Source: an uncultured delta proteobacterium (GTDB lineage: Bacteria > Desulfobacterota > Syntrophia > Syntrophales > UBA5619). From it: 64,000 nucleotides of DNA. The notes under the pieces were generated by a model. It saw only the letters and a list, made by a program, of their open reading frames with translations. It did no database searches and was not told the DNA's origin. Positions 21,684 to 32,099 of the stretch are shown here, piece after piece. The stretch is taken from the NCBI GenBank assembly GCA_963817385.1, contig CAWFOM010000004.1, positions 27,691-91,690 on the forward strand. Direction: 5' to 3'. The position numbers and the translations under genes are program-made. The number at the start of each line of letters is the position of its first letter. The stretch's first letter is position 1.

Positions 21684-23363
21684 CTATGCTTTCTCTTTCC
21701 GGTTCTTTCTCTCGATCTCATTCACCTCGCGCCTGAGCACCTTGCCTAACGCGCTCTTCGGCAGTGCGTCGATGAACTCGATGCCCTGCGGAACCTTTTC
21801 GGGGGCGAGCCTCTCCCGGCAGTGGGCGATGATCTCTTCCGCGTCCGCAGTCCGCCCCGGCTTGAGAACGACGTAGGCCTTCACCGTTTTGCCGCCGTGT
21901 CCGTCGGGAATGCCGATCGCGCAGGCCTCGAAGATCTGGGGATGGGTCAAGAGGGCCTGGTCGATCTCCCGGGGGTAGATCATGCGCCCGTTCGCTACGA
22001 TCTGGTCCTTCTTCTTGTCCAGGACGGTGAGGAAGCCGTCCTCGTCGAGAAAGCCGATGTCGCCGGTGAAGAGCCAGCCGTCCTTAACGGCAGCTGCGGT
22101 CTCCCCGGGCTTCTTGCAGTAGCCCGTCATCACCTGGGGTCCCCGGAAGCAGATCTCCCCCGCCTCGCCGGCCGGAAGCTCCCTGCTTCCCGTTTCCGCA
22201 TCGACGATCCGGAGGTCGGTTCCGGGGAGCGGCACGCCCACGCTCCCGGGCTTCTCCTCCCCACCCCAGGGGGTGGCCGTACCGATCGCGCAGATCTCGG
22301 TGAGACCGTAGACGTTGATGACGGGAACGTCCCTATGGGCCTTGAGCTTTTTGATCACCGCTGGGGATAGAGGTGTCGCTCCGGAGAGGAACCCCTTGAC
22401 CGAGGAGAGGCCCGCCTTCCGGAGCTCCTCCTGGGCCAAGAGCCCGGTGTAGGCGGCCGGCAGCACCGGCAGGATCGTCGGCTTGTGTTTCCTCAGGATC
22501 TCGATAATGGCTTGCGGTTCGGGATGCGGGACGAGGATGTCTGTCCACCCGGCGAGGATCGACATGTTCTGTATTCCCGTCCAGCCGGAGGAATGGAAGA
22601 AGGGAAAGACGGCCAGGATGCTCTCCGTTCCGTCTTTCAGGTCGGATAACCAGGCCCGGAGCTGCTGGGTGTTGCAGGAGATGTTCGCGTGCGTCAGCAT
22701 GACCCCCTTGCTCACTCCCGTCGTTCCTTCCGTGTAGAGGAGCGCCCCCATCTCTTCCCAGCGGGCTTTATTTTCAACCGGAGTGTCGGGATAGTTGCCG
22801 AGCAGTCCGAGAAATTCGTATATCCCTTCCTCCGGCTCGATCTTCCGATAGAGCGCCGGTTGGATGTAGGGGAAGAGCTTGTTGCCCGGGAAGGGGAGGT
22901 AGTCGGTGATATGACAGGCGATGATCGACCGAATGCCGGTTTTTCTCTTGAGTGTAAGGGCCAGCGGGAGTCGGAGGTCCAGGGTGATGAGAATCGTGGA
23001 ATCGGAGTCGTTGAGTTGATAGGTGAGCTCCTCTTCGGTGGAGAGAGGATTGTTCATTACCGTCACGGCGCCGATCCTGAACGCTGCGTAGTTGGCGATG
23101 ACAAACTGGGGCATGTTGGGCAGGAGCATGGCGACCCGGTCGCCCGCCTTTACCCCGATTGCCGTCAGGGCCCCGGCGAAGCGGTTTACCAGCGCCTCCA
23201 GCTCCCGGTAGGAAATCTTCTTCCCCATAAAGACAAGCGCCGTACGGTCGGGGAACCGCCCGGCCGTCCGGGTGAGAGCCTCGGGCATGGTAATCTTGTC
23301 GAAATCCATCTCCCGGGGGACGCCGGGCATGTAGCTCCTGTGCCAACTCCGCTCAAAACTCAT
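21684..23363 (-). CDS. Long-chain fatty acid-CoA ligase
   Basis: YTEGTTGVSKG, YGLTE, TGDIG, LPKSALGK. Confidence 0.9.
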   Translation of the reverse strand: MSFERSWHRSYMPGVPREMDFDKITMPEALTRTAGRFPDRTALVFMGKKISYRELEALVNRFAGALTAIGVKAGDRVAMLLPNMPQFVIANYAAFRIGAVTVMNNPLSTEEELTYQLNDSDSTILITLDLRLPLALTLKRKTGIRSIIACHITDYLPFPGNKLFPYIQPALYRKIEPEEGIYEFLGLLGNYPDTPVENKARWEEMGALLYTEGTTGVSKGVMLTHANISCNTQQLRAWLSDLKDGTESILAVFPFFHSSGWTGIQNMSILAGWTDILVPHPEPQAIIEILRKHKPTILPVLPAAYTGLLAQEELRKAGLSSVKGFLSGATPLSPAVIKKLKAHRDVPVINVYGLTEICAIGTATPWGGEEKPGSVGVPLPGTDLRIVDAETGSRELPAGEAGEICFRGPQVMTGYCKKPGETAAAVKDGWLFTGDIGFLDEDGFLTVLDKKKDQIVANGRMIYPREIDQALLTHPQIFEACAIGIPDGHGGKTVKAYVVLKPGRTADAEEIIAHCRERLAPEKVPQGIEFIDALPKSALGKVLRREVNEIERKNRKEKA

Positions 23364-23667
23364 CGGGTTCCTCCCTCATTGCTTTGCTATTTATTATTAA
23401 GGAGCTCTCTTGTAGCAAATCCTGAGGCTTTTGAAAATCATTTCCTGGAAATCTTTCACCGGCGAGAGGTATCCGGACGACCATAGGAGAAAGCTCATGC
23501 GAACCATGCCGTTTCCCGGAAAGCATCTGTCCTGTGCAAAGTACGGCAATAGGGATTCTTTCTCGGAGCGGCCGCCGAGGTGCGGGTGAGCAACGGATAA
23601 AGAGAGTTATCTCCGATGGAATGGCCGGTCGATCTACCAGGAGTTGCTGAAACGTATTGTGATTTGG

Positions 23668-23711
23668 CATTGCGAATCCGCGGGAGGCGAGCCCTCCGCA
23701 GATTCGCAATG
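23668..23711. repeat. Intergenic REP-like palindrome
   Basis: CATTGCGAATC...GATTCGCAATG perfect 11-bp arms around a GC-rich inner hairpin. Confidence 0.5.
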
Positions 23712-23856
23712 GGTATCGTCTTGACGGGAACCGGATCAGGAGTCGCGGGCAAACGGCAGCGAGCCGGTTCCGGGCGTCGAAGACCTTCGGGTCTGAACGC
23801 GGTAATGATCCGATCAGACTGCGCCGTCCGTGGCGGCGGCTTCCTCGATTGAATTT

Positions 23857-24552
23857 TCAGCTCCTGCGCCGATTGAGCAGCAACTTGCTCAGCCCGCAGA
23901 CGAAGAGGACAAAGAACACCATAACCGCGTACTCAACCCACTTGGGCGGGCTCAGCAGACCGAGGACCCACGGGTCGGTGATCATCATTTCGCCTCCGAC
24001 CTTGCCGAGTATGGCCGCACCGGCCCACAGGATGATCGGGTACCTGTCCATCAGTTTGGAGAGCATGTTGCTCATGAATACGACGAAGGGAATCGAGAGC
24101 GCCAGGCCGAAAAGCAGCAGGAACAGATTACCGTGGCTGGCGGCGCCGACGGCCAGCATGTTGTCGATGCCCATGCTCATGTCCGCCACGATGATGATCC
24201 AGAGCGCCTGCCAGATGCTTCCGCACTCCTTCTCCTGGCACTCCTCCTTGGCGCCCTCGGTGAGGAGCTTCACCGCGATCCAGATGATCACCGCCCCTCC
24301 GACAAGTTTGATGAACTGCATGTTCAGCAGTTGGGCCACCAGAAACGTGCAGATCACCCGGATGACGACGGCGCCGCCCGCCCCCAGGGCGATCCCCCAC
24401 AGGCGCTGTCTGCCCGGCAGGTTCTTGACCGCCATGGCGATGACCACGGCGTTGTCGCCGGCCAGTACCAGGTCGATAAAGACAATGCTCATCACCGCGG
24501 CGAAAAATTCCCACGTAAACGCTATTTGCCCCAACCAGCCCATGTCGATCAT
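23857..24552 (-). CDS. TerC/YjbE family membrane protein (putative Mn2+ exporter)
   Basis: IDLVLAGDNAVVIAMA, IIVADMSMGIDNMLAV; riboswitch upstream. Confidence 0.92.
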   Translation of the reverse strand: MIDMGWLGQIAFTWEFFAAVMSIVFIDLVLAGDNAVVIAMAVKNLPGRQRLWGIALGAGGAVVIRVICTFLVAQLLNMQFIKLVGGAVIIWIAVKLLTEGAKEECQEKECGSIWQALWIIIVADMSMGIDNMLAVGAASHGNLFLLLFGLALSIPFVVFMSNMLSKLMDRYPIILWAGAAILGKVGGEMMITDPWVLGLLSPPKWVEYAVMVFFVLFVCGLSKLLLNRRRS

Positions 24553-24578
24553 AACCCCTCCTTCTGTTGCCGCGGGCT

Positions 24579-24626
24579 AAAAAAAACCTTTACCCACGGC
24601 ATGGTTAAAATGCGGTGAGTAAAGGT
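24579..24626 (-). terminator. Intrinsic terminator forming the riboswitch expression platform
   Basis: Minus strand ACCTTTACTCAC...GTGGGTAAAGGT followed by a T-run; the 5' arm overlaps the aptamer P1 3' strand. Confidence 0.8.
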
Positions 24627-24733
24627 CTTGCATATCTCGACTTTTCGTCGCGACGCCGCGCCCGGGTGGAATGCCCACCGTGTTGACGAAACGCGGCCCG
24701 GCGGTACCTCCGCCGGTTGCTACTCCCCCTTAC
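24619..24733 (-). ncRNA. yybP-ykoY manganese riboswitch
   Basis: Minus strand AAGGGGGAGTAGC...CGTCAACACGG...GCAAGACCTT; upstream of TerC; TTGACA at 24773-24768. Confidence 0.9.
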
Positions 24734-24803
24734 AATGACTGTCATCCTTACAAAAAAGCCCGTGCACTGTCAAGGGCAATATCTGGCATTCGGCAATATT
24801 TTC

Positions 24804-24832
24804 TTGACAAACGATTATCGCCAATCTACCAT
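24804..24832 (+). promoter_or_regulatory. Putative sigma-70 promoter for the LeuCD-like cluster
   Basis: TTGACA-17 nt-TACCAT. Confidence 0.55.
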
Positions 24833-25014
24833 CGCCGCCAAAGTAACAGGCGGCGTTTGCAAGTGTCTTTTCGGCTTCCCCATACTCCCGCATCAGGAAA
24901 GCGTATACCGATGATCTCCTGCAACGATTCACCAAGATCAACCCAACGTTGCCGTAACGGGGCAATATATTAAACGTCGGATCCGCCTTCGATAACGTAT
25001 CGTAATTGTAAGAG

Positions 25015-26310
25015 GTGATGCAATTGGGTCAGACAATGACTGAACAAATATTTAGTAGAAAGAGCGGGAGAGCCGTATGCGCGGGGGAACTTTTGAATAT
25101 TTCCGTAGACGCCGTGATGATACATGATTTTAATGCCCCTCATGTACTGGAGGTTTTACAGACACTGAGGGAAAAACTGGGGGCATCAAAAACTTCCTTG
25201 GGGAAGAACCATTCACCAAGAGTTTTAGGGGTTATCGACCATTTATGGCCTGCTCCAACGATCGATTCTGCCGTATCGCAGGAGATGTTCAGATCATTGG
25301 GTACGACTTACGGATTTACCATGGCTCCGTTTGGCGATGGCATTTGTCATCACTTAATGTTGGAAATGGGCTTTGTAAAACCCGGAGATATTGCTATCGG
25401 GACCGATTCACATAGCTGTACCTATGGGGCTTTTAATGCCTTCGGCACGGGTATGGGAGCAAGCGAAACGGCTGCTACCATTTATACCGGTCGGTGCTGG
25501 TTCAAGGTGCCAAAGTCCACGCTTGTCCGGCTGTCGGGACGGAGGCCTTCCTGGCTTGCGGCTATGGATATCAATCTGGCCCTGAACAAGATCCTCTCCA
25601 ACGATGGGTGTCTCTATCAGACCCTTGAATATGCACCGGAAAACTTGGAACAATTTTCGATTGATGCCCGAATCACCCTGTGCAACATGGCGGTAGAACT
25701 GGGCGGTAAATCGGCAATCATGCCGCGGGATCCATTATTGGAAAACTACCTGTCAAGGTTAGGGATCGATGATTTCGGCAATGGACCGGAATACGATCCT
25801 GCTGCAACGTATGACCGGGTGGTGGAAATCAATCTTGAGGACCTGCTCCCGCAGATTGCCGTACCGCCAAACTTCCGATCTGTCCGTGATGTAAGGGAAC
25901 TTGCGGGAATGAAAGTGGATCAGATTGTGATCGGAGGGTGTACAAACGGACGGTTGGAAGATATGGCTGCTGCCTGTCGGATTCTCTCGCAAGGAAAGGT
26001 GTCCTCCCACGTACGGCTTTTCATTTCTCCGGCAAGCCGTTCTGTCATGGTTGATATGACCAGGTTGGGGATGACGGAGATATTTCTGCGTCAGGGTGCA
26101 ACGATATTACCACCCGGTTGTGGTCCTTGCAGCGGCATGCACTTGGGAGTCATGGGCGACGGACAGATTGTCCTGTCGACGACCAACCGCAATAGTGCGG
26201 GCAGAATGGGTTCGAATACGGCTGATATCTATCTTGTTTCTCCGCTGACTGCCGCCGTTTCCGCTCTCCATGGAGAGGTCAGCGACCCGTGCAAGCAGGA
26301 GGGGGTGTGA
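25015..26310 (+). CDS. Aconitase-family dehydratase large subunit 1 (LeuC/HacA/DmdA-like)
   Basis: IDH, GICH, DSHSCT, GGCTNGR, PGCGPC, STTNRN..GRMG. Confidence 0.9.
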   Translation: MMQLGQTMTEQIFSRKSGRAVCAGELLNISVDAVMIHDFNAPHVLEVLQTLREKLGASKTSLGKNHSPRVLGVIDHLWPAPTIDSAVSQEMFRSLGTTYGFTMAPFGDGICHHLMLEMGFVKPGDIAIGTDSHSCTYGAFNAFGTGMGASETAATIYTGRCWFKVPKSTLVRLSGRRPSWLAAMDINLALNKILSNDGCLYQTLEYAPENLEQFSIDARITLCNMAVELGGKSAIMPRDPLLENYLSRLGIDDFGNGPEYDPAATYDRVVEINLEDLLPQIAVPPNFRSVRDVRELAGMKVDQIVIGGCTNGRLEDMAAACRILSQGKVSSHVRLFISPASRSVMVDMTRLGMTEIFLRQGATILPPGCGPCSGMHLGVMGDGQIVLSTTNRNSAGRMGSNTADIYLVSPLTAAVSALHGEVSDPCKQEGV

Positions 26311-26855
26311 TGAGGATGAATTCCGGCGCGAATTGGGAGGCGATAGAAGGTGTCTGCGTCAGGACCTGCGACAATGTAAGTGTTGATGATATCATTGCCA
26401 GCCATTATATGAAGGATGCACGGTCAGCACAAAACATCGAGGAATTAAAGGAGCATTTTTTTGAATCGGTTGCGCCGGGAATCGGCAAAGACCTGGGGCC
26501 GCGCTCCATCATTGTCGGAGGGAGAAATTTCGGCTGCGGTTCCAGCCGGGAACATGCAGTCAGGCTTCTCAAAGCCTTAGGCGTTCCGATTATCTTGGCA
26601 GAGTCTTTTGCCAGATCCTTCTACAGGAATTGCATTAATTTAGGTATGCCTGTTCTGGAGGGAAATCAGCTTCACCGGCTGGCCGGCGGGGAAGCGTTAC
26701 GGGTAAACGTTCTGAGGGGTGAGGTCGATTATGGCGGCAATTCGGTTTTGAAGCTTACCGCTTTACCCTCATTCGTAAGAGAATTCGGTGAAGCGGGAGG
26801 ACTCATCCCCTATATTTTAGCCCATGGGGACTACCCTTCGGTTAATGAGGATTAA
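26310..26855 (+). CDS. Aconitase-family dehydratase small subunit 1 (LeuD-like)
   Basis: DNVSVDDII, NFGCGSSREHA, SFARSFYRN. Confidence 0.9.
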   Translation: MRMNSGANWEAIEGVCVRTCDNVSVDDIIASHYMKDARSAQNIEELKEHFFESVAPGIGKDLGPRSIIVGGRNFGCGSSREHAVRLLKALGVPIILAESFARSFYRNCINLGMPVLEGNQLHRLAGGEALRVNVLRGEVDYGGNSVLKLTALPSFVREFGEAGGLIPYILAHGDYPSVNED

Positions 26856-26857
26856 TA

Positions 26858-28063
26858 ATGAAGATGAATCTTACGGAAAAAATCCTTGCCGATCACAGCG
26901 GTCAAAAGCAGGTTTCCCCGGGTCAAATCGTGGATGCTTCGGTAGATTTGCTCATGATGCATGACCACAGTGCACCGCTGGCCATCCGCCAGTTTAGGGA
27001 ACTCAATACCCATGTCTGGGATCCTGAGCGGATCGTTATCGTCATGGACCATCATTCGCCCTCCACCTCCCCTGCTGCGGCAAAACTGCACTATGACATG
27101 CGACGCTTTGCGGAAGAAGAGGGTATTCGGAACGTATTTGACGTCGGATCCGGTGTTTGCCATGTGATCCTAAGGGAAGAAGGCTTCATGAAGCCGGGAA
27201 TCCTGATGGTCGGCGGGGATTCCCATACGGTAGCCGGGGGAAGTATGGGAGCGTTTGCTACCGGAATCGGCGCGACGGAGGTGGCCTCGGTTTTGGCTCT
27301 CGGCAGGATATGGTTACGGGTGCCGGATTGTTACCGGTTAGAGGTGAAAGGAACGCTGGGGCCGACCGTTGACCACCGGGATTTAGCGTTGGCAATACTG
27401 GCCAAGTTTGGTCCCTTTGGCTTGAATTATCGGACACTGGAAATTACCGGAGAACTGTTAAAAGAGTTTTCATCGAACCAGAAGGGTACCCTGTGCACGG
27501 TTGGCGTAGAAATGGGGGCGAAAAGCACCATCATCGGGTCCGGCAAACCGGAAGGGAATTATGCCAAAGAGTTTGAAATGGATGTCTCAGCCCTTGTACC
27601 TCAAGTAGCCGTTCCCTCTCTCCCTACGAACGGCCGAGATATTCAAGAAGTCGAGGGGGTTAAGATTAATCAGGCGAATATTTCTTCCTGCGCAGGAGCG
27701 ACGGTGGAGGATATCAAGGCCGCGGCCCGGATTTTAGAGGGCAGACAAATCAAAAAGGGAGTGAGACTGATCGTGAGTCCTGCATCCCGAAAGACCTGGC
27801 TGGAAGCCGATCAGGCAGGCTGGCTCTCAATTATTGCAAAAGCGGGCGGTGCGGTAAGCTCTCCCGCCTGCGGGGGGTGTGCCGCTTATGAAGTAGCGGC
27901 ATTAGCTCCCGGCGAGGTGTGCATCAGTACCTCTCCGCGCAATATGGAGGGGCGAATGGGTCCCGGGGGCGTCATTTACCTGGGGTCGAGCGCAACAGTT
28001 GCCGCCGCCGCCGTGATGGGGGAGATTACGGACCCGCGAAAATTAGTAAAGGAAAAGAAGTAA
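26858..28063 (+). CDS. Aconitase-family dehydratase large subunit 2
   Basis: MDH, GVCH, GDSHT, SSCAG, PACGGC, STSPRN..GRMG. Confidence 0.9.
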   Translation: MKMNLTEKILADHSGQKQVSPGQIVDASVDLLMMHDHSAPLAIRQFRELNTHVWDPERIVIVMDHHSPSTSPAAAKLHYDMRRFAEEEGIRNVFDVGSGVCHVILREEGFMKPGILMVGGDSHTVAGGSMGAFATGIGATEVASVLALGRIWLRVPDCYRLEVKGTLGPTVDHRDLALAILAKFGPFGLNYRTLEITGELLKEFSSNQKGTLCTVGVEMGAKSTIIGSGKPEGNYAKEFEMDVSALVPQVAVPSLPTNGRDIQEVEGVKINQANISSCAGATVEDIKAAARILEGRQIKKGVRLIVSPASRKTWLEADQAGWLSIIAKAGGAVSSPACGGCAAYEVAALAPGEVCISTSPRNMEGRMGPGGVIYLGSSATVAAAAVMGEITDPRKLVKEKK

Positions 28064-28090
28064 TCCTACCACTGACGAGAGGATGGACTG

Positions 28091-28618
28091 ATGGCACGCG
28101 ATATAAGCAACACGGTTTTCAGCGGCAGGGCATGCCGCATAGGAGATAATGTGAGCACCGACCATATCTTTCCTTCCCGAAGGCTTACCGTCTTCGAGCC
28201 GCAGGAAACCGGGAAATATGCCCTGGAAGGGTACGGCAGTGAGTATCCCGGTAAAATTCAGCCGGGAGACATCCTGGTGGCAGGCGAGAATTTAGGATTC
28301 GGCTCAAGCAGGGAGCAAGCACCATGGGCCCTGAAAAGTGCCGGATTCCAGGCCGTGATTGCCAAGTCTTTTGCCAGGATTTTTTTCAGAAACTGTCTCA
28401 ATGTGGGACTGCTGGCCCTGACTGCCCCTCAATTGCCGGATGAGGTATCAGACGGTTCCGTATTACAGGTGAACGTGAAAGAGGGTTGGGCTTTCGATAC
28501 CGGCGAAAAGATTCGTTTTCAATTGGAACCGCTGCCGGACTTCCTGCTGGAATATGTCCGGGCGGGGGGGTTAATCCCTTTTTTAAAATCCTTATCACGA
28601 AAGGAGCGGGCAAATTAA
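28091..28618 (+). CDS. Aconitase-family dehydratase small subunit 2
   Basis: [28 protein letters not shown]. Confidence 0.9.
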   Translation: MARDISNTVFSGRACRIGDNVSTDHIFPSRRLTVFEPQETGKYALEGYGSEYPGKIQPGDILVAGENLGFGSSREQAPWALKSAGFQAVIAKSFARIFFRNCLNVGLLALTAPQLPDEVSDGSVLQVNVKEGWAFDTGEKIRFQLEPLPDFLLEYVRAGGLIPFLKSLSRKERAN

Positions 28619-28779
28619 CGCTGAGGCGGGTGTAATCCGTAAAGGGGGTGATGACGGCATATTCGTTTGAAGAAGGAGGGTACAGGTTTTGTACGGTGTT
28701 CTTTTACTGTCTTACTGTCCGGCCGCTGGTGGGCGATCCCTGCCGGCGACCCAGCCCAGCCATGGCATGGAGGAATAGA

Positions 28780-29761
28780 ATGAAGAATCTTGGTAAGCTG
28801 TCCGTGTTTTTTTTGGTTGTTTTGTTAGTCGCCTTCGGGGCGGGAAACGCCCTGGGCGCCGGTAAATACCCGGAAAAGCCAATTACCATAATCGTTCAAG
28901 CGGGTCCCGGCGGGGGGAGCGACATCTTCTCGCGCACCATTGCCTCCTCCAACGAGAAAGATAAGCTGCTTCCCCAGCCGATCGTGGTGGAGAACAAACC
29001 GGGCGGAGGCGGAAGCATCGCATTTGCGTATGTGGCCGGCAAGAAGAAGGATCCCTACTATCTCGTACCCGCGGTCGCAGCCTTCATTATCACACCGCTG
29101 ATGGGCTTGTCCCCGGTTGGTCTAAAGGATTTCACCCCCATCGCCAACTTCGCCTTTGACGAATACATGCTGATGGTCGGCTCGAACTCGAAATACAAAT
29201 CGATGAAGGAGATCATCGATTTTGCCAAGGCCAACCCGAAGAAGATCACGGTAGGCGGAGTACAGCTCGGTGCATCGGATTCCATCTGCGTCTACCTGAT
29301 CGAAAAGGCGATGGGCGTCCAGTTCAATTACGTCGTTTTTAATGGCGGCGGCGAAGTGAATGCGGCGCTGCTCGGCGGTCATATCGATATGGCGATCGCC
29401 AACCCCGGCGAAGCTCTGGAACTCTACAAGGCGGGCAAGGTCAAGCTTCTCGGCGTCTTTTCCGAGAAGCGTCTGGCGGGCGCCCCCGATGTCCCCACGA
29501 TGAAGGAACAGGGGATCAATACCATTTATGTCCAGAACCGCGGCATCTGCGCCCCGGCGTGACATTCCGGAGGAGGCCCGTAAGACCCTGGAGCAGGCCT
29601 TCTTTAAATACACAAAGACCGAAACCTTCAAGAAGTATATCAAGGACAACATGTTGACCGAAGCCTGGATGGACGGCGCTACCTTCGGGAAATTTCTCGA
29701 CGAGTGGAGCGGCAAGTACGCCGTCATCCTCAAGGAGATGAACCTGATCAAGAAGAAGTAA
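28780..29761 (+). CDS. tctC: TctC/Bug tripartite tricarboxylate transporter substrate-binding protein 1 (frameshift ~29558)
   Basis: Signal peptide, YPEKPITIIV, PGGGSD, VENKPGGGG; C-terminus continues in ORF 29528-29761 and matches the paralogue. Confidence 0.88.
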
Positions 29762-29781
29762 GTTTGCGGGGACATGAACAA

Positions 29782-29814
29782 CGGGCGGAGGCGCAACTTC
29801 TGCGCCCCCGCCCG
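29782..29814 (+). terminator. GC-rich hairpin after tctC1
   Basis: CGGGCGGAGGCGCA-loop-TGCGCCCCCGCCCG; no T-tract. Confidence 0.4.
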
Positions 29815-30026
29815 CCATGCACCGTCTACCGGAACGCAGCACCGCAACGGGAACGGCGGCAACGAGTCGACCATTCATATAGGCTACGCCACGTTCTCTC
29901 CCCCCTTCCCTCTGCCGAGCAGGTTTCATCCGGCAGACCCGCGACTATCAATCCAAAACCTTTGACAGACGGTGCGTAATGTGGTTCAGTTATCTCGTTC
30001 GGAAGAGAATAAGGAGGTAACATGAA

Positions 30027-30635
30027 ATGAACGGCAAAGTCCTTAAATTTGCGGCGGTGGCCTTTTTTCTCCATACTATTGTGGGCTGTGCAGTGTCGGG
30101 ACCGCGCGTAGCTATTATTAATCCGCAACTGATTGATCAAAAGGAAGCGAAAGAAAACTTACTGCCCAAGTATTGTGATGTTGTTGTGAAGACTAACAGA
30201 ATTGGTTTTGAATGGGCTACCGCGATATGCCGACAGATCCAAACCGGTGAATTGGCGTTAGCGGGGGTTAAATCATCGGAAAACGGTCGATACACCGTAT
30301 TTATGTTTAAAGAAAAGGGAGAAGCAGCGTTATTTCAGGATAATCATGCGATTATTGCGTTTTATTTGAATCCAGGGTCGGAATTGATGCGGATGTGTGA
30401 TCAGAGCGGTCTGTGCAATGTTTATATAAAAAATGGGCAGACGCGTTTCGGGCGTTCAAATATCCGCGTGAATGGAGAACCAACGGTAAATGACAATGGC
30501 ATATCCGTAAAATTTAATGAGGACAGATCGTATGCATATGATCTGCTTTTTTCCTATGCGACCAGTATCAGCAAGGAGGGCGATGAACTCATTGCCATTT
30601 TTTTGAGTGCATTCCCTTTTCTTTATTATGAATAA
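30027..30635 (+). CDS. Hypothetical lipoprotein (low GC)
   Basis: AAGGAGG RBS; hydrophobic signal ending in an IVGC lipobox. Confidence 0.7.
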   Translation: MNGKVLKFAAVAFFLHTIVGCAVSGPRVAIINPQLIDQKEAKENLLPKYCDVVVKTNRIGFEWATAICRQIQTGELALAGVKSSENGRYTVFMFKEKGEAALFQDNHAIIAFYLNPGSELMRMCDQSGLCNVYIKNGQTRFGRSNIRVNGEPTVNDNGISVKFNEDRSYAYDLLFSYATSISKEGDELIAIFLSAFPFLYYE

Positions 30636-30740
30636 TAACCGGTAACCGGTTGTTCTTCTGCACCATAAGATTTCCATTCCAGGCGTTTGTCCATCCACCG
30701 GTACGAGAGTTTTGCGAAGATCCATTGTGAGAGAAACTTG

Positions 30741-30769
30741 TTGACATAAGATACGGCGCTTTGTATCTT
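30741..30769 (+). promoter_or_regulatory. Sigma-70 promoter with overlapping operator palindrome upstream of tctC2
   Basis: TTGACA-17 nt-TATCTT; AAGATAC-N8-GTATCTT inverted repeat at 30748-30769. Confidence 0.55.
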
Positions 30770-31095
30770 CCCGTGGCGAAAAACGTGTTTATGCCAGTTC
30801 CACCTGACATCCCTCTATGAGGGTCCTTGTGGATCACCTTCGGCCATGCCGTTGGTCTCCCAGCCCTACCAAATCCGGATCGAGCAGATCTATTGCCAGA
30901 GCGATGAGGGCCATCCTGATCATAACGGCAGTTTAACGCCGGATTGAAGAAGGTCAAAAAGGAGGTGATCAAGGCAGGATTCGGAGAACGGTGGCGGGTA
31001 TCGGTTTTTTTTCAGATGTCCTTTTTTTATGTCCGGCTGGGGCTGGATTTTTCTTGAAGCCTGTCGGCGTATCGGAACGATAATGGAGGAAAAAA

Positions 31096-32076
31096 ATGAA
31101 AAACCTGTCCAAGTTATTCGTGTTATTCTTGATTGTGCCGTTGGTCGTCATCGAGGCGGGAAACGCCCTTGGCGCCGGCAGTTATCCCGAAAAGCCCATC
31201 ACCTTGATCGTTCAGAGCAGCGCCGGCGGCGGCAGCGATATCTTCGCCCGGACTCTGGCTGCGGCCATCCAGAAGGAAAAACTGCTTCCCCAGCCGATCG
31301 TGGTGGAGAACAAACCGGGCGGGAGCGGCGGCATCGCCTACGCGTATGTGGCCGGCAAGAAGAAGGACCCCTACTATATTCTCACGACCACCCCGTCCTT
31401 TCTGACCACGCCGCTTTTGGGGATGACGCCGGTCGGTCTCAAGGATTTCACCCCCATCGCCAATTTTGCCTTTGACGAATTCATGCTCATGGTCGGCACG
31501 GGTTCGAAGTTCAAATCGTTGAACGAGATCGTTGCCTTCGCCAAAGCCAATCCGAAGAAGATCACCATCGGCGGCACCCAGTTCGGCGGCTCTGATTCCA
31601 TCGCCATCTACCTCTTTGAAAAGGCGGCCGGCGTCAAGTTCAATTACATCGTCTTCAACAGCGGCGGGGAGGTTAATGCGGCGCTCCTCGGCGGTCATGT
31701 GGACATGGCAAGCACCAACCCCGGCGAAGCGCTGGAGCTCTACAACGCAGGCAAGGTCAAGATTCTCGGTGTGCTATCGGATAAACGCTTGGCCGGCGCC
31801 CCCGAGATCCCCACGATGAAAGAGCAGGGGATCAACGCCTTGTTCGTCCAGAACCGCGGGCTCACCGCCCCGGCCGACATCCCGGCGGATGCCCGCATGG
31901 TGCTTGAGCAGACCTTCTTCAAATACACGCAAACCGAGGTTTTCAAGAAATACTGCAAAGACAATATGCTGTCCGAAGCGTGGATGGGCGGCAGCGACTT
32001 TGGAAGGTTCCTTGAGGAATGGAAAGGTAAGTATGCCGTCATCCTCAATGACATGGGGGTAATGAAGAAGAAATGA
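31096..32076 (+). CDS. tctC: TctC/Bug substrate-binding protein 2
   Basis: YPEKPITLIV, AGGGSD, VENKPGGSG; close paralogue of tctC1. Confidence 0.92.
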   Translation: MKNLSKLFVLFLIVPLVVIEAGNALGAGSYPEKPITLIVQSSAGGGSDIFARTLAAAIQKEKLLPQPIVVENKPGGSGGIAYAYVAGKKKDPYYILTTTPSFLTTPLLGMTPVGLKDFTPIANFAFDEFMLMVGTGSKFKSLNEIVAFAKANPKKITIGGTQFGGSDSIAIYLFEKAAGVKFNYIVFNSGGEVNAALLGGHVDMASTNPGEALELYNAGKVKILGVLSDKRLAGAPEIPTMKEQGINALFVQNRGLTAPADIPADARMVLEQTFFKYTQTEVFKKYCKDNMLSEAWMGGSDFGRFLEEWKGKYAVILNDMGVMKKK

Positions 32077-32099
32077 CCATTATCCAGGGCAGGCGACGT

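Noticed and set aside
23745..23815. GGCAAAC-containing hairpins as a c-di-GMP-I riboswitch
   Set aside because: The GNRA/receptor and GCAAA second-stem pattern are missing, and the element is on the opposite strand to the flanking genes
23857..24733. Riboswitch-TerC unit as a novel system
   Set aside because: yybP-ykoY control of TerC-family Mn2+ exporters is well established; listed as a feature only
29558..29562. TGA ending the tctC1 ORF as a second selenocysteine codon
   Set aside because: The continuation is in another frame; the paralogue shows a 1-nt insertion (GCG-T-GAC versus GCC-GAC), and there is no Cys context
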